From assembly GCF_034439495.1 (NCBI RefSeq), contig NZ_JAWXAM010000045.1: a stretch of 64,000 bases of DNA; one strand, written 5' to 3'. The notes under the pieces were generated by a model. It saw only the letters and a program-made list of their open reading frames with translations, searched no databases and had not been told where the DNA came from. Positions within the stretch are counted from its first letter, which is position 1; every line of letters starts with the position of its first letter. Made by a program: the position numbers and the translations under genes. The stretch is from Terricaulis sp. GTDB lineage: Bacteria > Pseudomonadota > Alphaproteobacteria > Caulobacterales > Aquidulcibacteraceae. Positions 49,300 through 57,516 of this stretch are shown one piece after another.

Positions 49300-51515
49300 C
49301 CGACCGTCCGTGGTTGGGCGCGGTTAGTGACGCGTCCAAGGCTGTTCAATCGCTGCAATGGCGCGATCCTGCCGGACCGTGGGGTTTGGCTTCGTCGGAT
49401 CGTGAGGGGAAGGCGTGGCGCTTTGCGACGTTCACCGCGGCGCACGCCGACGACGCGCGCGTGTGGATCGAGTCGCAAGAACGCGACGAACGCAATGTGT
49501 ATGCCTCGCTCAATCGGGTGCGTGCGGACCTGACAAGCAAGGCCAAGAAAGCGGACGTTGTCGCGTGCGTTGCGTTGCTCGTGGACGTGGACGTACCCGC
49601 GTTGCCGGACGGATGGGCCGACACGCCGCAAGCTTGGGCGCTTGGCGCGCAAGACCGGCTATTCGCCACGCTGGACGAACAATGGCCCGCGGACCTTCCG
49701 CTACCGACCGTCCGCCTATTCAGCGGCGGCGGCGTTCAACTGATTTGGGAATGTGCCACGCCGTACGCGGACGACGACCGCATTGAGCTTTTCGAGCGCA
49801 TGGCGCAAGTCGCTCAAGAGCGCGTCGGCGCTATGGGTCTAGTCCCGGACCATACGTTCAACGTGGACCGCTTGGTCCGTTTGCGAGGGACCACGAACCG
49901 TCCCAAGGCGACGAAGCAAGCGAAGGGTCAGACAGACACGGTCGCCGCAATCGTCAGCACGCACCGCAAGTACGCGCTGGAAGACTTGCGGGCGGCGTTT
50001 GATCGGCCCCTGAGCAAACAGACGGTGGCGCCTGAGGCGGTCGGCGCAATCGAGCCTCTGACAGTCACCGACGAAGACTTAGCCGCCTGGGGCGTCAATG
50101 AGGCGCTTGCATGGATCATTCGGACCGGTGTGTCCGGCTACGGCGCGGCCAAGCTCAAGGACAACTCGCGTAGCGCCTGGGAATGGGACGCGGTGTGCCG
50201 AATGATCCGGCTCGGTCTGGACGACGCTCAGATTGCGGGCGTCTTGCTCAACACCGCTTGGAAGATAGGCGAGCGCGCACGCGAGCGGCGGAATCCAATC
50301 GATCATATAGCCCGGCTAGTGAAGCGGGCGCGGCACGTAACGAACCACGCGGAACGTCAGTTTGCTTGCGGTGACGATGGGCGTCCGGTCCGTTGTCGTC
50401 CGAACTACATAACCGCCGCTCACAAGCTCGGCTTGAAGCTCAGTTACAACGAATTTGCCGACGTCCTGAGTATTGGCGGAATCGACGGTGTCGGTCCGGC
50501 GCTGGACGATAAGGCGGTGACGCGCGTTCGCTTCGCAATCGAAGACCGCTTTAGTTTCTTGCCTGACCGTGAGTTGTTGGCGGACGTGCTAGCGGACGAA
50601 GCCGTCCAAAATCGATTCAATCCGGTCCGCGATCACTTGGACACACTCAAGTGGGACGGTGTCGCGCGTCTGGACAATTGGTTGTCGGCGTACTGCAAAG
50701 CGGAAGACAGCGCGTACACGCGTGAAGTTGGGCGTGTGTTTCTCATTGCAGCGGTACGGCGTGCTAAGCGTCCGGGGTGCAAGTTTGACACCATGCTGAT
50801 CCTTGAGGGGACACAAGGGGCCTACAAAAGCACGGCGGTTCGCGTGCTGGCGGGACGTGACGAATGGTTTTCCGACGTCGTCCCCATCGGCGAGGAAGGC
50901 AACCGCGTAATTGAGGCCACGCGCGGCAAGTGGATCATTGAGGAAGGCGAGCTTGCGGGAATGAACGACCGAACCGTTGAGCGGTTGAAGGCGTTTTGCT
51001 CACGGGTCGCGGACCGTGGACGCCTCGCTTACGAACGCCGTCCGGTCGATATTCCGCGCGCGTTCGTGATCGTCGGGACGACCAATTCCAAGAGCTACTT
51101 AAACGACATGACCGGCGCGCGGCGTTTCCTGCCGGTGAAGGTCGGGCGGATCGATATTGAAGCGCTGATACGCGACCGGGACCAACTCTTGGCCGAAGCG
51201 GTCGAACGCGAAGCCACGGGCGAAGCTATCATTCTGAGCGATGCGGTCGGGGAGGCGGCTGAGTTGAAGCGTCGCGCGCGGACTCTCACCGACGATTGGA
51301 TTGAGACGCTACGGACCGTAACGGACGGTGACGAAGTGTGGTCGGGGCAGTGTTGGGCGGCGCTCAGGTTCGACGCTGGCGCCCGCGACAAGAGCAAGCA
51401 AAAGCGCTTGGCGGATTGTCTTGAGGCGATGGGCTTTGAACGGTCGGAAGCTCAGCCGCCGCGAGGCTCACACTTAGGGACGAAGTGGACGCGGGCGCGT
51501 GTGTCCGTCTCATAG
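49296..51515 (+). CDS. Primase-helicase: RepB/AEP-type primase fused to a VapE/VirE-type SF3 helicase
   Basis: LLVDVD, FSGGGVQLIW and RLRGTTN (primase); LILEGTQGAYKST Walker A, IIEEGEL, VIVGTTN, TGARRFLP (VapE). Confidence 0.88.
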   Translation: MTDRPWLGAVSDASKAVQSLQWRDPAGPWGLASSDREGKAWRFATFTAAHADDARVWIESQERDERNVYASLNRVRADLTSKAKKADVVACVALLVDVDVPALPDGWADTPQAWALGAQDRLFATLDEQWPADLPLPTVRLFSGGGVQLIWECATPYADDDRIELFERMAQVAQERVGAMGLVPDHTFNVDRLVRLRGTTNRPKATKQAKGQTDTVAAIVSTHRKYALEDLRAAFDRPLSKQTVAPEAVGAIEPLTVTDEDLAAWGVNEALAWIIRTGVSGYGAAKLKDNSRSAWEWDAVCRMIRLGLDDAQIAGVLLNTAWKIGERARERRNPIDHIARLVKRARHVTNHAERQFACGDDGRPVRCRPNYITAAHKLGLKLSYNEFADVLSIGGIDGVGPALDDKAVTRVRFAIEDRFSFLPDRELLADVLADEAVQNRFNPVRDHLDTLKWDGVARLDNWLSAYCKAEDSAYTREVGRVFLIAAVRRAKRPGCKFDTMLILEGTQGAYKSTAVRVLAGRDEWFSDVVPIGEEGNRVIEATRGKWIIEEGELAGMNDRTVERLKAFCSRVADRGRLAYERRPVDIPRAFVIVGTTNSKSYLNDMTGARRFLPVKVGRIDIEALIRDRDQLLAEAVEREATGEAIILSDAVGEAAELKRRARTLTDDWIETLRTVTDGDEVWSGQCWAALRFDAGARDKSKQKRLADCLEAMGFERSEAQPPRGSHLGTKWTRARVSVS

Positions 51516-51607
51516 GCATCCTAGCTAGGGGGCTAGGGGCTATTCTGTACTGGTTCTCTAGTTTCTCTTTCTATTAGAAGAACGTCGCACCCTATGACTA
51601 CCTATGA
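51510..51607. other. Putative iteron-type replication origin of the element
   Basis: TCATAGG and CTAGGGG x2 face CCTATGA x2 across an AT-rich spacer, right at the primase stop. Confidence 0.5.
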
Positions 51608-51889
51608 GGGATCGCCGCTAGGCCTACCGTGATAACTTGCGGCGATGTGGTCCCGCCCCACGCGGATGCTCCACGCGAGTGTGGCGACAAACATGCTAAT
51701 GCCAAACGCGGCAACCAGTACGCCTAGTGGAAGCTCCCCCGCCGAGATGCTGAAGAGATTCGTGAGGTCGATGCCCGGTAGAGCTATGGTTTTGATCGGT
51801 GAGATGAAGAGTAGGCCTAAGCCCGCCACCATCAGTACGCTGCTCAGCAGCAGCAGTAGCATCTTCGTAATTAGGAGGGCGGCACCCAT
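51602..51889 (-). CDS. Element two-TM membrane protein (95 aa)
   Basis: Two hydrophobic helices; overlaps the end of the upstream small gene; AGGA RBS. Confidence 0.55.
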   Translation of the reverse strand: MGAALLITKMLLLLLSSVLMVAGLGLLFISPIKTIALPGIDLTNLFSISAGELPLGVLVAAFGISMFVATLAWSIRVGRDHIAASYHGRPSGDPS

Positions 51890-52080
51890 TTCACGCAATC
51901 CTGTTGTGCGGCTGTGGACGGCTCTTGCAGTCGGTATCCGTGGTAGGAAAAGCGGGTTGGGTTCATTGGGTCAAGCGGTACCAGGATGGGTACCCAGAGA
52001 CCATCCTGGTCCCGTATTGGTTTCCGCCCTTCACATCTCTTGCCAAATCGCATTTCCGCCTCGTCCTGGTTCAATCTCAT
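51871..52080 (-). CDS. Element small soluble protein (69 aa)
   Basis: GGAGG RBS 7 nt before ATG 52080: MRLNQDEAEMRFGKRCEG... Confidence 0.5.
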   Translation of the reverse strand: MRLNQDEAEMRFGKRCEGRKPIRDQDGLWVPILVPLDPMNPTRFSYHGYRLQEPSTAAQQDCVKWVPPS

Positions 52081-52369
52081 TACGCGCCTCCAATGATCCA
52101 AATCGGGACGGACAGCCACAATATCCAGTAGGTTCAGGCCGCGATTAACTAGTTTTTGTACTACAGCTTGTGGTCAGAGACCGGCGTCCAAGCTGAAAAG
52201 ACCCGCATGAGGCTTTTTCCTGGCAAAAATTCGTCAAAATTGGGGCAAATGAGGCAAATACAGGTTAAAGGCTAGTTGTCCGCTCGCTGAATACCGGACC
52301 AACGCAAGTACACACCGGGGTTAACTCCTTTCGTCAGGCCAATTCCGGCCATTCGCTAGGTAACTCCAA

Positions 52370-53674
52370 ATGAAACTGCACGAACTTAAGGAAGCCCGCG
52401 CCAAGAAGGTCGCGGAACTCCGCACAATCAACGACGCCGCCAACGGCAACGAACTCCCCGCCGAACAACGCTCACGCTTCGACGCCGTCGAAACGGAGGT
52501 CCGCGCGCTCAACGACCAAATTGGCCGCGCCGAGCGCCTCGCCGAATTCGAGCGCACCGCCGCCACCGGCACTCCGATCAACGACAACGGTACGCCCGAC
52601 TTTGAGCGTGAGTGCCGCGCGTTTTCACTGACCCGCGCGCTCGCCTATGCGTCTGGTCTGACTGTGGACGCTGCCCGCGAAGTGGAAGTCTCGCAGGAAA
52701 TCGAACGGCGCTCGGGTCGCAAACCGCAAGGCGCGCTTCTGGCGCCCGCTCAAATCTTCCTCGTTCCGCGTCACCCGAACGATATTGAACATCGCGTCAT
52801 GGTGTCGGGCACAACCGGCGCCGGCTTGGTCGGGACTGAGCATCGCCCACAAGACTACATCGATGCACTCCGCGCCAACCTCGTGACGGGTCGGCTCGGT
52901 GCAACGACGCTGAGCAATCTGCAACAAAACGTCTCGATCCCCAAGAACGCGGCGAACCGCTCGGGTCAATGGATCGCTGAAAATGCCGCGCTGACGCCGG
53001 TGGACGGTGACTTCGACTCGGTCACCATGACGCCGAAGCACGTCGGCGCGCTCACTGAGTTTTCGCGGAACATGCTTCTTCAATCGTCGCCGGATATCGA
53101 AACGCTTATCCGCAACGACTTCGCCGCGGCGCTCGCCGTCGCGCTCGATAAGGCGGCGCTTGTCGGCGGCGGATCGAATGAACCGTCCGGCATTATCGAC
53201 CGTCTGACCGATGCGTCGGCGATGGGTACGCTTGCGGATGCATCGTGGGAACAGGTGCTTGCGTTCATCGCAGGCGTTGAGCTTGCGAACGCCGCGACCG
53301 GTCGTCTCGGGTGGGCGCTCAATCCGAACGCGGTCAAGACGATGCGTGCAAAACCGAAGGTCGTTTACGGCTCACCCGAAACGCGCGATGCGGGCGCCGG
53401 GTTCGTCATGGACGGTCCGAACGAATTGGCGGGCTATGCCGCCGCCTCAACGACGTCCATGCCGGGCAGTGGTTCGCCCGCCGCCGGGTCGGCAATCTTT
53501 GGCGACTTCGCGTCGTTGCTCATCGGCTATTGGTCCGGAATCGACATTCTCGCCAACCCGTACGAATCCACCGCGTACGCCAAAGGCAACGTGCAAGTCC
53601 GTGGCTTGCTCACTGCCGACGTCGCCGTCCGTCACCTGGAAAGCTTCCAGGCCGCAACGGACATTCCGGCCTAA
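52370..53674 (+). CDS. HK97-fold major capsid protein with an N-terminal delta (scaffold) domain
   Basis: Coiled-coil N-terminus, LVGTEH...YIDALR, WIAE, VTMTPKHVGALTEFSRNML, GGGSNEPSGI, IFGDF, DVAVRH. Confidence 0.93.
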   Translation: MKLHELKEARAKKVAELRTINDAANGNELPAEQRSRFDAVETEVRALNDQIGRAERLAEFERTAATGTPINDNGTPDFERECRAFSLTRALAYASGLTVDAAREVEVSQEIERRSGRKPQGALLAPAQIFLVPRHPNDIEHRVMVSGTTGAGLVGTEHRPQDYIDALRANLVTGRLGATTLSNLQQNVSIPKNAANRSGQWIAENAALTPVDGDFDSVTMTPKHVGALTEFSRNMLLQSSPDIETLIRNDFAAALAVALDKAALVGGGSNEPSGIIDRLTDASAMGTLADASWEQVLAFIAGVELANAATGRLGWALNPNAVKTMRAKPKVVYGSPETRDAGAGFVMDGPNELAGYAAASTTSMPGSGSPAAGSAIFGDFASLLIGYWSGIDILANPYESTAYAKGNVQVRGLLTADVAVRHLESFQAATDIPA

Positions 53675-53783
53675 TCGAGTTCGGCGCACGGCTAGTTCAT
53701 GGCCGGGTTAACAACACGCGCCGGACGTGGGGGGCAACGAGCCTAGCCGTTGCTCCCCACTACCCGGCGAAGGAATCGCAAAC

Positions 53784-54326
53784 ATGCAAAACGAAATCGA
53801 ACGCCGCGCCGCCGAAGTGGAAGTGCGCTCTAAAGGTCGCGTCCTGGAAGGTTACGCGGCGGTGTTCAACACACGCGCCAAGGTCGCCGACTTTGACGAA
53901 CTGATTACACCGGGCGCATTCAACGCCACGCTCCGCGAACGCCCGCACGCCGACATTTTGGCGCTTGTGGACCATGACGCTTCGGCGTTGCTCGGACGCA
54001 CACGCAACAAAAGCCTTGAGCTTCACGAAGACACACGCGGACTTCACTTCCGCATTGCGCTTCCGAAGACGACGCTTGCGGACGATGTGTTGGCGCTTGC
54101 CGACGCCGGTTCGCTTGGCGGAATGTCGTTCGGATTCCGAGCGCTCAAGGACGCATGGTCCGGTGCGGTCCGTACGCTTCACGCAATCGACTTGCGGGAA
54201 ATCTCGGTCGTCCGCGCTTGGCCAGCGTATCCGCAAACTTCGGTGAGCGCCCGCGCGCTCGGTCACGTCCAGGACGGTCCGTTCGGTCGCCGCATTCGCC
54301 TTCTTGAGTTGGAGGGTGGACGTTGA
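53784..54326 (+). CDS. HK97-family prohead protease (S78)
   Basis: LEGYAAVFN, LVDHD (His), GMSFGF (Ser), LREISVV...PAYPQT. Confidence 0.95.
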   Translation: MQNEIERRAAEVEVRSKGRVLEGYAAVFNTRAKVADFDELITPGAFNATLRERPHADILALVDHDASALLGRTRNKSLELHEDTRGLHFRIALPKTTLADDVLALADAGSLGGMSFGFRALKDAWSGAVRTLHAIDLREISVVRAWPAYPQTSVSARALGHVQDGPFGRRIRLLELEGGR

Positions 54327-55528
54327 AACGCCTAGACCACTTCCTTGCCTCGCTCGGTCTTGAGCGACGGTCCGAACAACGTTCATACGACGCGCTTGCG
54401 CCCGATGCGTGGGGCAAACCTATTCCAGTTGGCGGCTATGCGTCGGCAAGCGCCGTGCTGAGCAATCTCGCCGTTGCGACCCGTTGCGTTTCGTTGCGGT
54501 CCGAATTGCTCGCAAGCGTTCCGCTCAAACTGTACCGGCGGCTCGCCAACGGCGACCGTGAACGGGTCACAGACTCGCCGCTTGCCGAAGTTCTGAGCGA
54601 CCTAGCGAACCCGCTTATGACGGCATTTGGCGCGCGAGAATTCTTCGTCCGTTCGCTCGATACCGCCGGAAACTCATACGCCCGGATCGAACGGGACGGC
54701 GCCGGACAGGTCACCGCGCTTTGGCCGCTTGAGCCGTCACGGGTAACCGTTGAGCGGCTTGAGAGTGGACGTGTGCGCTATCGCTATTCAGGCAATCAAG
54801 GCGCGGTCGTCCTGTTGCAAGAGGAAGTCTTGCACATTCGCGGTTCGTCGGAAGACGGGATGCTTGGGCGCTCGCCGATTGCAATTGCACGCGGCGCACT
54901 CGGGCTTGGGCTTGAGCTTACGTCCGCTGCCAACGACGCGGCGGCCCGCAACATCGGCGGTTACATTATTCAACCAACGGACTTGAACGCACGCGGGAAG
55001 CAAGCGCGCCGCGAAGCAATCGAAGACGCTCCCGGCAACCGCAACACGCCGAAGATTCTGGACCCAGGGGTGAAGTTCGTACCCAACCAGTTTTCCAGCG
55101 TGGACCAAGAGTTGTTGGAAAATCGGAAGCTGAGCAACGAAGACGTTGCCCGCGTATTCGGCGTCCCGCCCGCCTCGGTCGGTATCAGCACGTCCGTAAG
55201 CTACGGCTCGGCTCAACAGGCGGCGCAAGACCTTGTGACGAACGCGTTGGCGCCACTCGCTCAACGGATTGAACAGGACATGGCGCGTTGTCTGCTGACC
55301 ACCGAAGGTCGGCGCTTGTACGTGATCGAACATGACTTGGACGGTCTGTTGCGAGCGCAACCAACCGAGCGTTGGACAGCGTACCGAACCGCTCGGGAAA
55401 TCGGCGCCATGTCGTCCAATGAAATCCGTCGGTTTGAGAATATGCCCGCGGTGGAGGGTGGCGACGACCACACGCCGTTGCGCGCCGCCGGTCCGCCGCC
55501 CGCTGACACGATTGCGAGCGCCACATGA
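54323..55528 (+). CDS. HK97-family portal protein
   Basis: ASVPLKLY, GNSYARI, LWPL, EVLHIR, GRSPI, DVARVFGVPP, MSSNEIRRFENMP. Confidence 0.94.
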   Translation: MKRLDHFLASLGLERRSEQRSYDALAPDAWGKPIPVGGYASASAVLSNLAVATRCVSLRSELLASVPLKLYRRLANGDRERVTDSPLAEVLSDLANPLMTAFGAREFFVRSLDTAGNSYARIERDGAGQVTALWPLEPSRVTVERLESGRVRYRYSGNQGAVVLLQEEVLHIRGSSEDGMLGRSPIAIARGALGLGLELTSAANDAAARNIGGYIIQPTDLNARGKQARREAIEDAPGNRNTPKILDPGVKFVPNQFSSVDQELLENRKLSNEDVARVFGVPPASVGISTSVSYGSAQQAAQDLVTNALAPLAQRIEQDMARCLLTTEGRRLYVIEHDLDGLLRAQPTERWTAYRTAREIGAMSSNEIRRFENMPAVEGGDDHTPLRAAGPPPADTIASAT

Positions 55529-55899
55529 GCCATGCTCTGACCCTGGACGACTTCGTTGGTCCGATCATCGAAAGCATCGGTTACGACTTTTCGCGCATCG
55601 GCGAGTTGAACAACAATTCCCTTGCTACGCTCCACAACACCACGCAGGCCGCAAACTTCGCGCTTGCGGGACAGCTTGTTGAACAGGTCGGCGACAAAGC
55701 GACCGCGGAAGAATTGATTGTTGAGGCGTACAACCGCGATCCCGCCACCGCGAAACGTCTCCGCGCTTTGTTCTGTGCGGTCCTGGAAGCGGGCTTGCAA
55801 CCACGCCCGTCCTTGCTCGCCGCTCACATAGCGCTCGGCATTCAAATGCAAGAGGCGTTGGCATGCGAAGCGCAACGGCGCGTGTCCACCATGAACTGA
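55525..55899 (+). CDS. Helical hypothetical protein (124 aa) translationally coupled to the portal
   Basis: ATGA overlap with the portal stop; no motif recognised. Confidence 0.65.
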   Translation: MSHALTLDDFVGPIIESIGYDFSRIGELNNNSLATLHNTTQAANFALAGQLVEQVGDKATAEELIVEAYNRDPATAKRLRALFCAVLEAGLQPRPSLLAAHIALGIQMQEALACEAQRRVSTMN

Positions 55900-56033
55900 C
55901 AGAATTCCGCCGGGACTTTTCAACGTCAGTGGGCGCGTGTGCATCCAGACGAATAAGGCGGCGCTGCCGTGGTCCCCGGCGGACGCACTGGTTGACCCAA
56001 GCGCCGTCAACACACGCAAGTTTTCGAGACGAC

Positions 56034-56231
56034 ATGACGAGCAAAAACGGGAGTTATGAAAACGGCAGGCCAAAAGGGGACGCATCGCAAGCTAAGATTC
56101 GTCCTTGCCTCAATTGCCGTACGCGGTTCCTGTCACCGCACTTCGGCGTCCGCATGTGCGACCCATGCCGAACCGTGATTCACAACATGACCGAGCCGGG
56201 CAATCCAGGCGGTCGGAAGGCGCGGAAGTGA
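56034..56231 (+). CDS. Small zinc-ribbon protein (65 aa)
   Basis: CLNC-x13-CDPC; GTGA-coupled to xis. Confidence 0.65.
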   Translation: MTSKNGSYENGRPKGDASQAKIRPCLNCRTRFLSPHFGVRMCDPCRTVIHNMTEPGNPGGRKARK

Positions 56232-56455
56232 CACGCCCGCTTCCTTTTGATTGTCCGCGTGGACTCAACCGAGTCCAGGCCGCTGCGTACGTAGGTGTCA
56301 GCCCGACCACGTTTGACCGGTTGGTCGCCGAAGGCGTGATGCCGCGAGCGAAGGAAATTGGCGCTCGACGGGTCTATGACCGCGCCCAATTGGATCAAGC
56401 GTTTGACGCGCTCGGGGAGGGCGCCGAAGCTGGACGGAACGATTGGGATGGTTAG
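56228..56455 (+). CDS. Excisionase / AlpA-like winged HTH
   Basis: LNRVQAAAYVGVSPTTFDRLVAEGVMP...RRVYDRAQLD; overlaps the integrase start. Confidence 0.88.
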   Translation: MTRPLPFDCPRGLNRVQAAAYVGVSPTTFDRLVAEGVMPRAKEIGARRVYDRAQLDQAFDALGEGAEAGRNDWDG

Positions 56456-57506
56456 GGGACAGCCCGTGGCGACCGTCAAGCTTGCCTATGTGGACCGCTT
56501 CCGCGACCCGCGCGGTGCGTGGCGCTACTACTTCCGCCGCAACCGAACCAGTCGGCGCGTTCCGCTTCCCGGCCGTCCGGGCGATCCCGAGTTTATGGGC
56601 GCTTATCAGCTTGCCATTGCCGCGTTCTGCCCGGTCGGTCCGTTGCGGTCGCTCGCTCCCGCCGCCGGTACGGTGGACGCGTTGGCGGTCGCTTATTATC
56701 GCTCGCCGAACTTCTTGAGCCTAAAGGTCAGCACGCAAAAGACCTACCGACGCGAGATTGACCGTTGGCGTGAAAAGAATGGGACCAAGCGTGTCGTTCA
56801 ACTTCAACGTCGGCACATAATGGACCAAATGGCGGCGCGTCATGCGGACGGCGGACCCGAGGCGGCGAACAATCTGTTGCGCGTGGTTCGCTTGCTTTGC
56901 TCGTTCGCAGTCGAAAATGATTGGCGCCGTGATAACCCCGCGCTTGGAATCAAGAAGTTCAAAATGCGCGGCGACGGCTTTGTCGCGTGGTCCGAAGACG
57001 ACATTGCGAAGTATCTAAAGCACTGGAAGGCGGGGACGCGTGAGCGTCTAGCCTTGCTCTTGTTGCTCTACACCGGCCAACGCCGTAGCGATGTGATCCA
57101 AATGGGGCGTCAGCATGTGAGCGCCGACACTATACGTGTGAAGCAAGGGAAGACCGGAGCGCACTTGGTCATTCCGATGCACCCGGACCTTCGCGGGGTG
57201 TTGAAGAAGCTACCAAAGGACGGCTTAGCTTTTCTCACAACGCAGTATGGAACGCCGTTCAAGGACGGCGCGTCCTTCGGCAATCAATTCGGCGGGTGGT
57301 GCAAGGCGGCGGGGTTGAATGGGCGGAGCGCTCACGGCTTGCGGAAGTCCGCCGCGGTGCGACTTGTTGAGGCGGGCTGTTCGTCCAAGGAAGTCGCGGC
57401 AATAACCGGTCACGCGTCGTTGCGTGAAATCGAGCGCTACACGAAGGCGGCAGAGCAAGAGAAACTTGCCCGCGCCGCAATCACGCGGCTGATTAAGAAC
57501 GGTTGA
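56448..57506 (+). CDS. Tyrosine recombinase / integrase
   Basis: GQRRSD (R), HGLRK (HxxR), GH and Y catalytic residues. Start may instead be GTG 56466. Confidence 0.96.
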   Translation: MVRGQPVATVKLAYVDRFRDPRGAWRYYFRRNRTSRRVPLPGRPGDPEFMGAYQLAIAAFCPVGPLRSLAPAAGTVDALAVAYYRSPNFLSLKVSTQKTYRREIDRWREKNGTKRVVQLQRRHIMDQMAARHADGGPEAANNLLRVVRLLCSFAVENDWRRDNPALGIKKFKMRGDGFVAWSEDDIAKYLKHWKAGTRERLALLLLLYTGQRRSDVIQMGRQHVSADTIRVKQGKTGAHLVIPMHPDLRGVLKKLPKDGLAFLTTQYGTPFKDGASFGNQFGGWCKAAGLNGRSAHGLRKSAAVRLVEAGCSSKEVAAITGHASLREIERYTKAAEQEKLARAAITRLIKNG

Positions 57507-57516
57507 CTAACGCGCT

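Noticed and set aside
51976-52014. Hairpin ACCAGGATGG/CCATCCTGGT (10-bp perfect core) as a cos or ori site
   Set aside because: It lies inside the 69-aa ORF, and one 10-bp stem in 10 kb is not clearly above chance; kept only as a secondary candidate.
53727-53783. Upstream GTG start for the prohead protease given by the ORF track
   Set aside because: It is buried in the intercistronic hairpin; ATG 53784 has an AAGGA RBS and matches the family N-terminus.
55863-56033. N-terminal extension of the Zn-ribbon ORF, or a hidden HNH nuclease
   Set aside because: The extension overlaps the previous gene and looks non-coding. The CxxC-x13-CxxC protein has no H-N-H residues.
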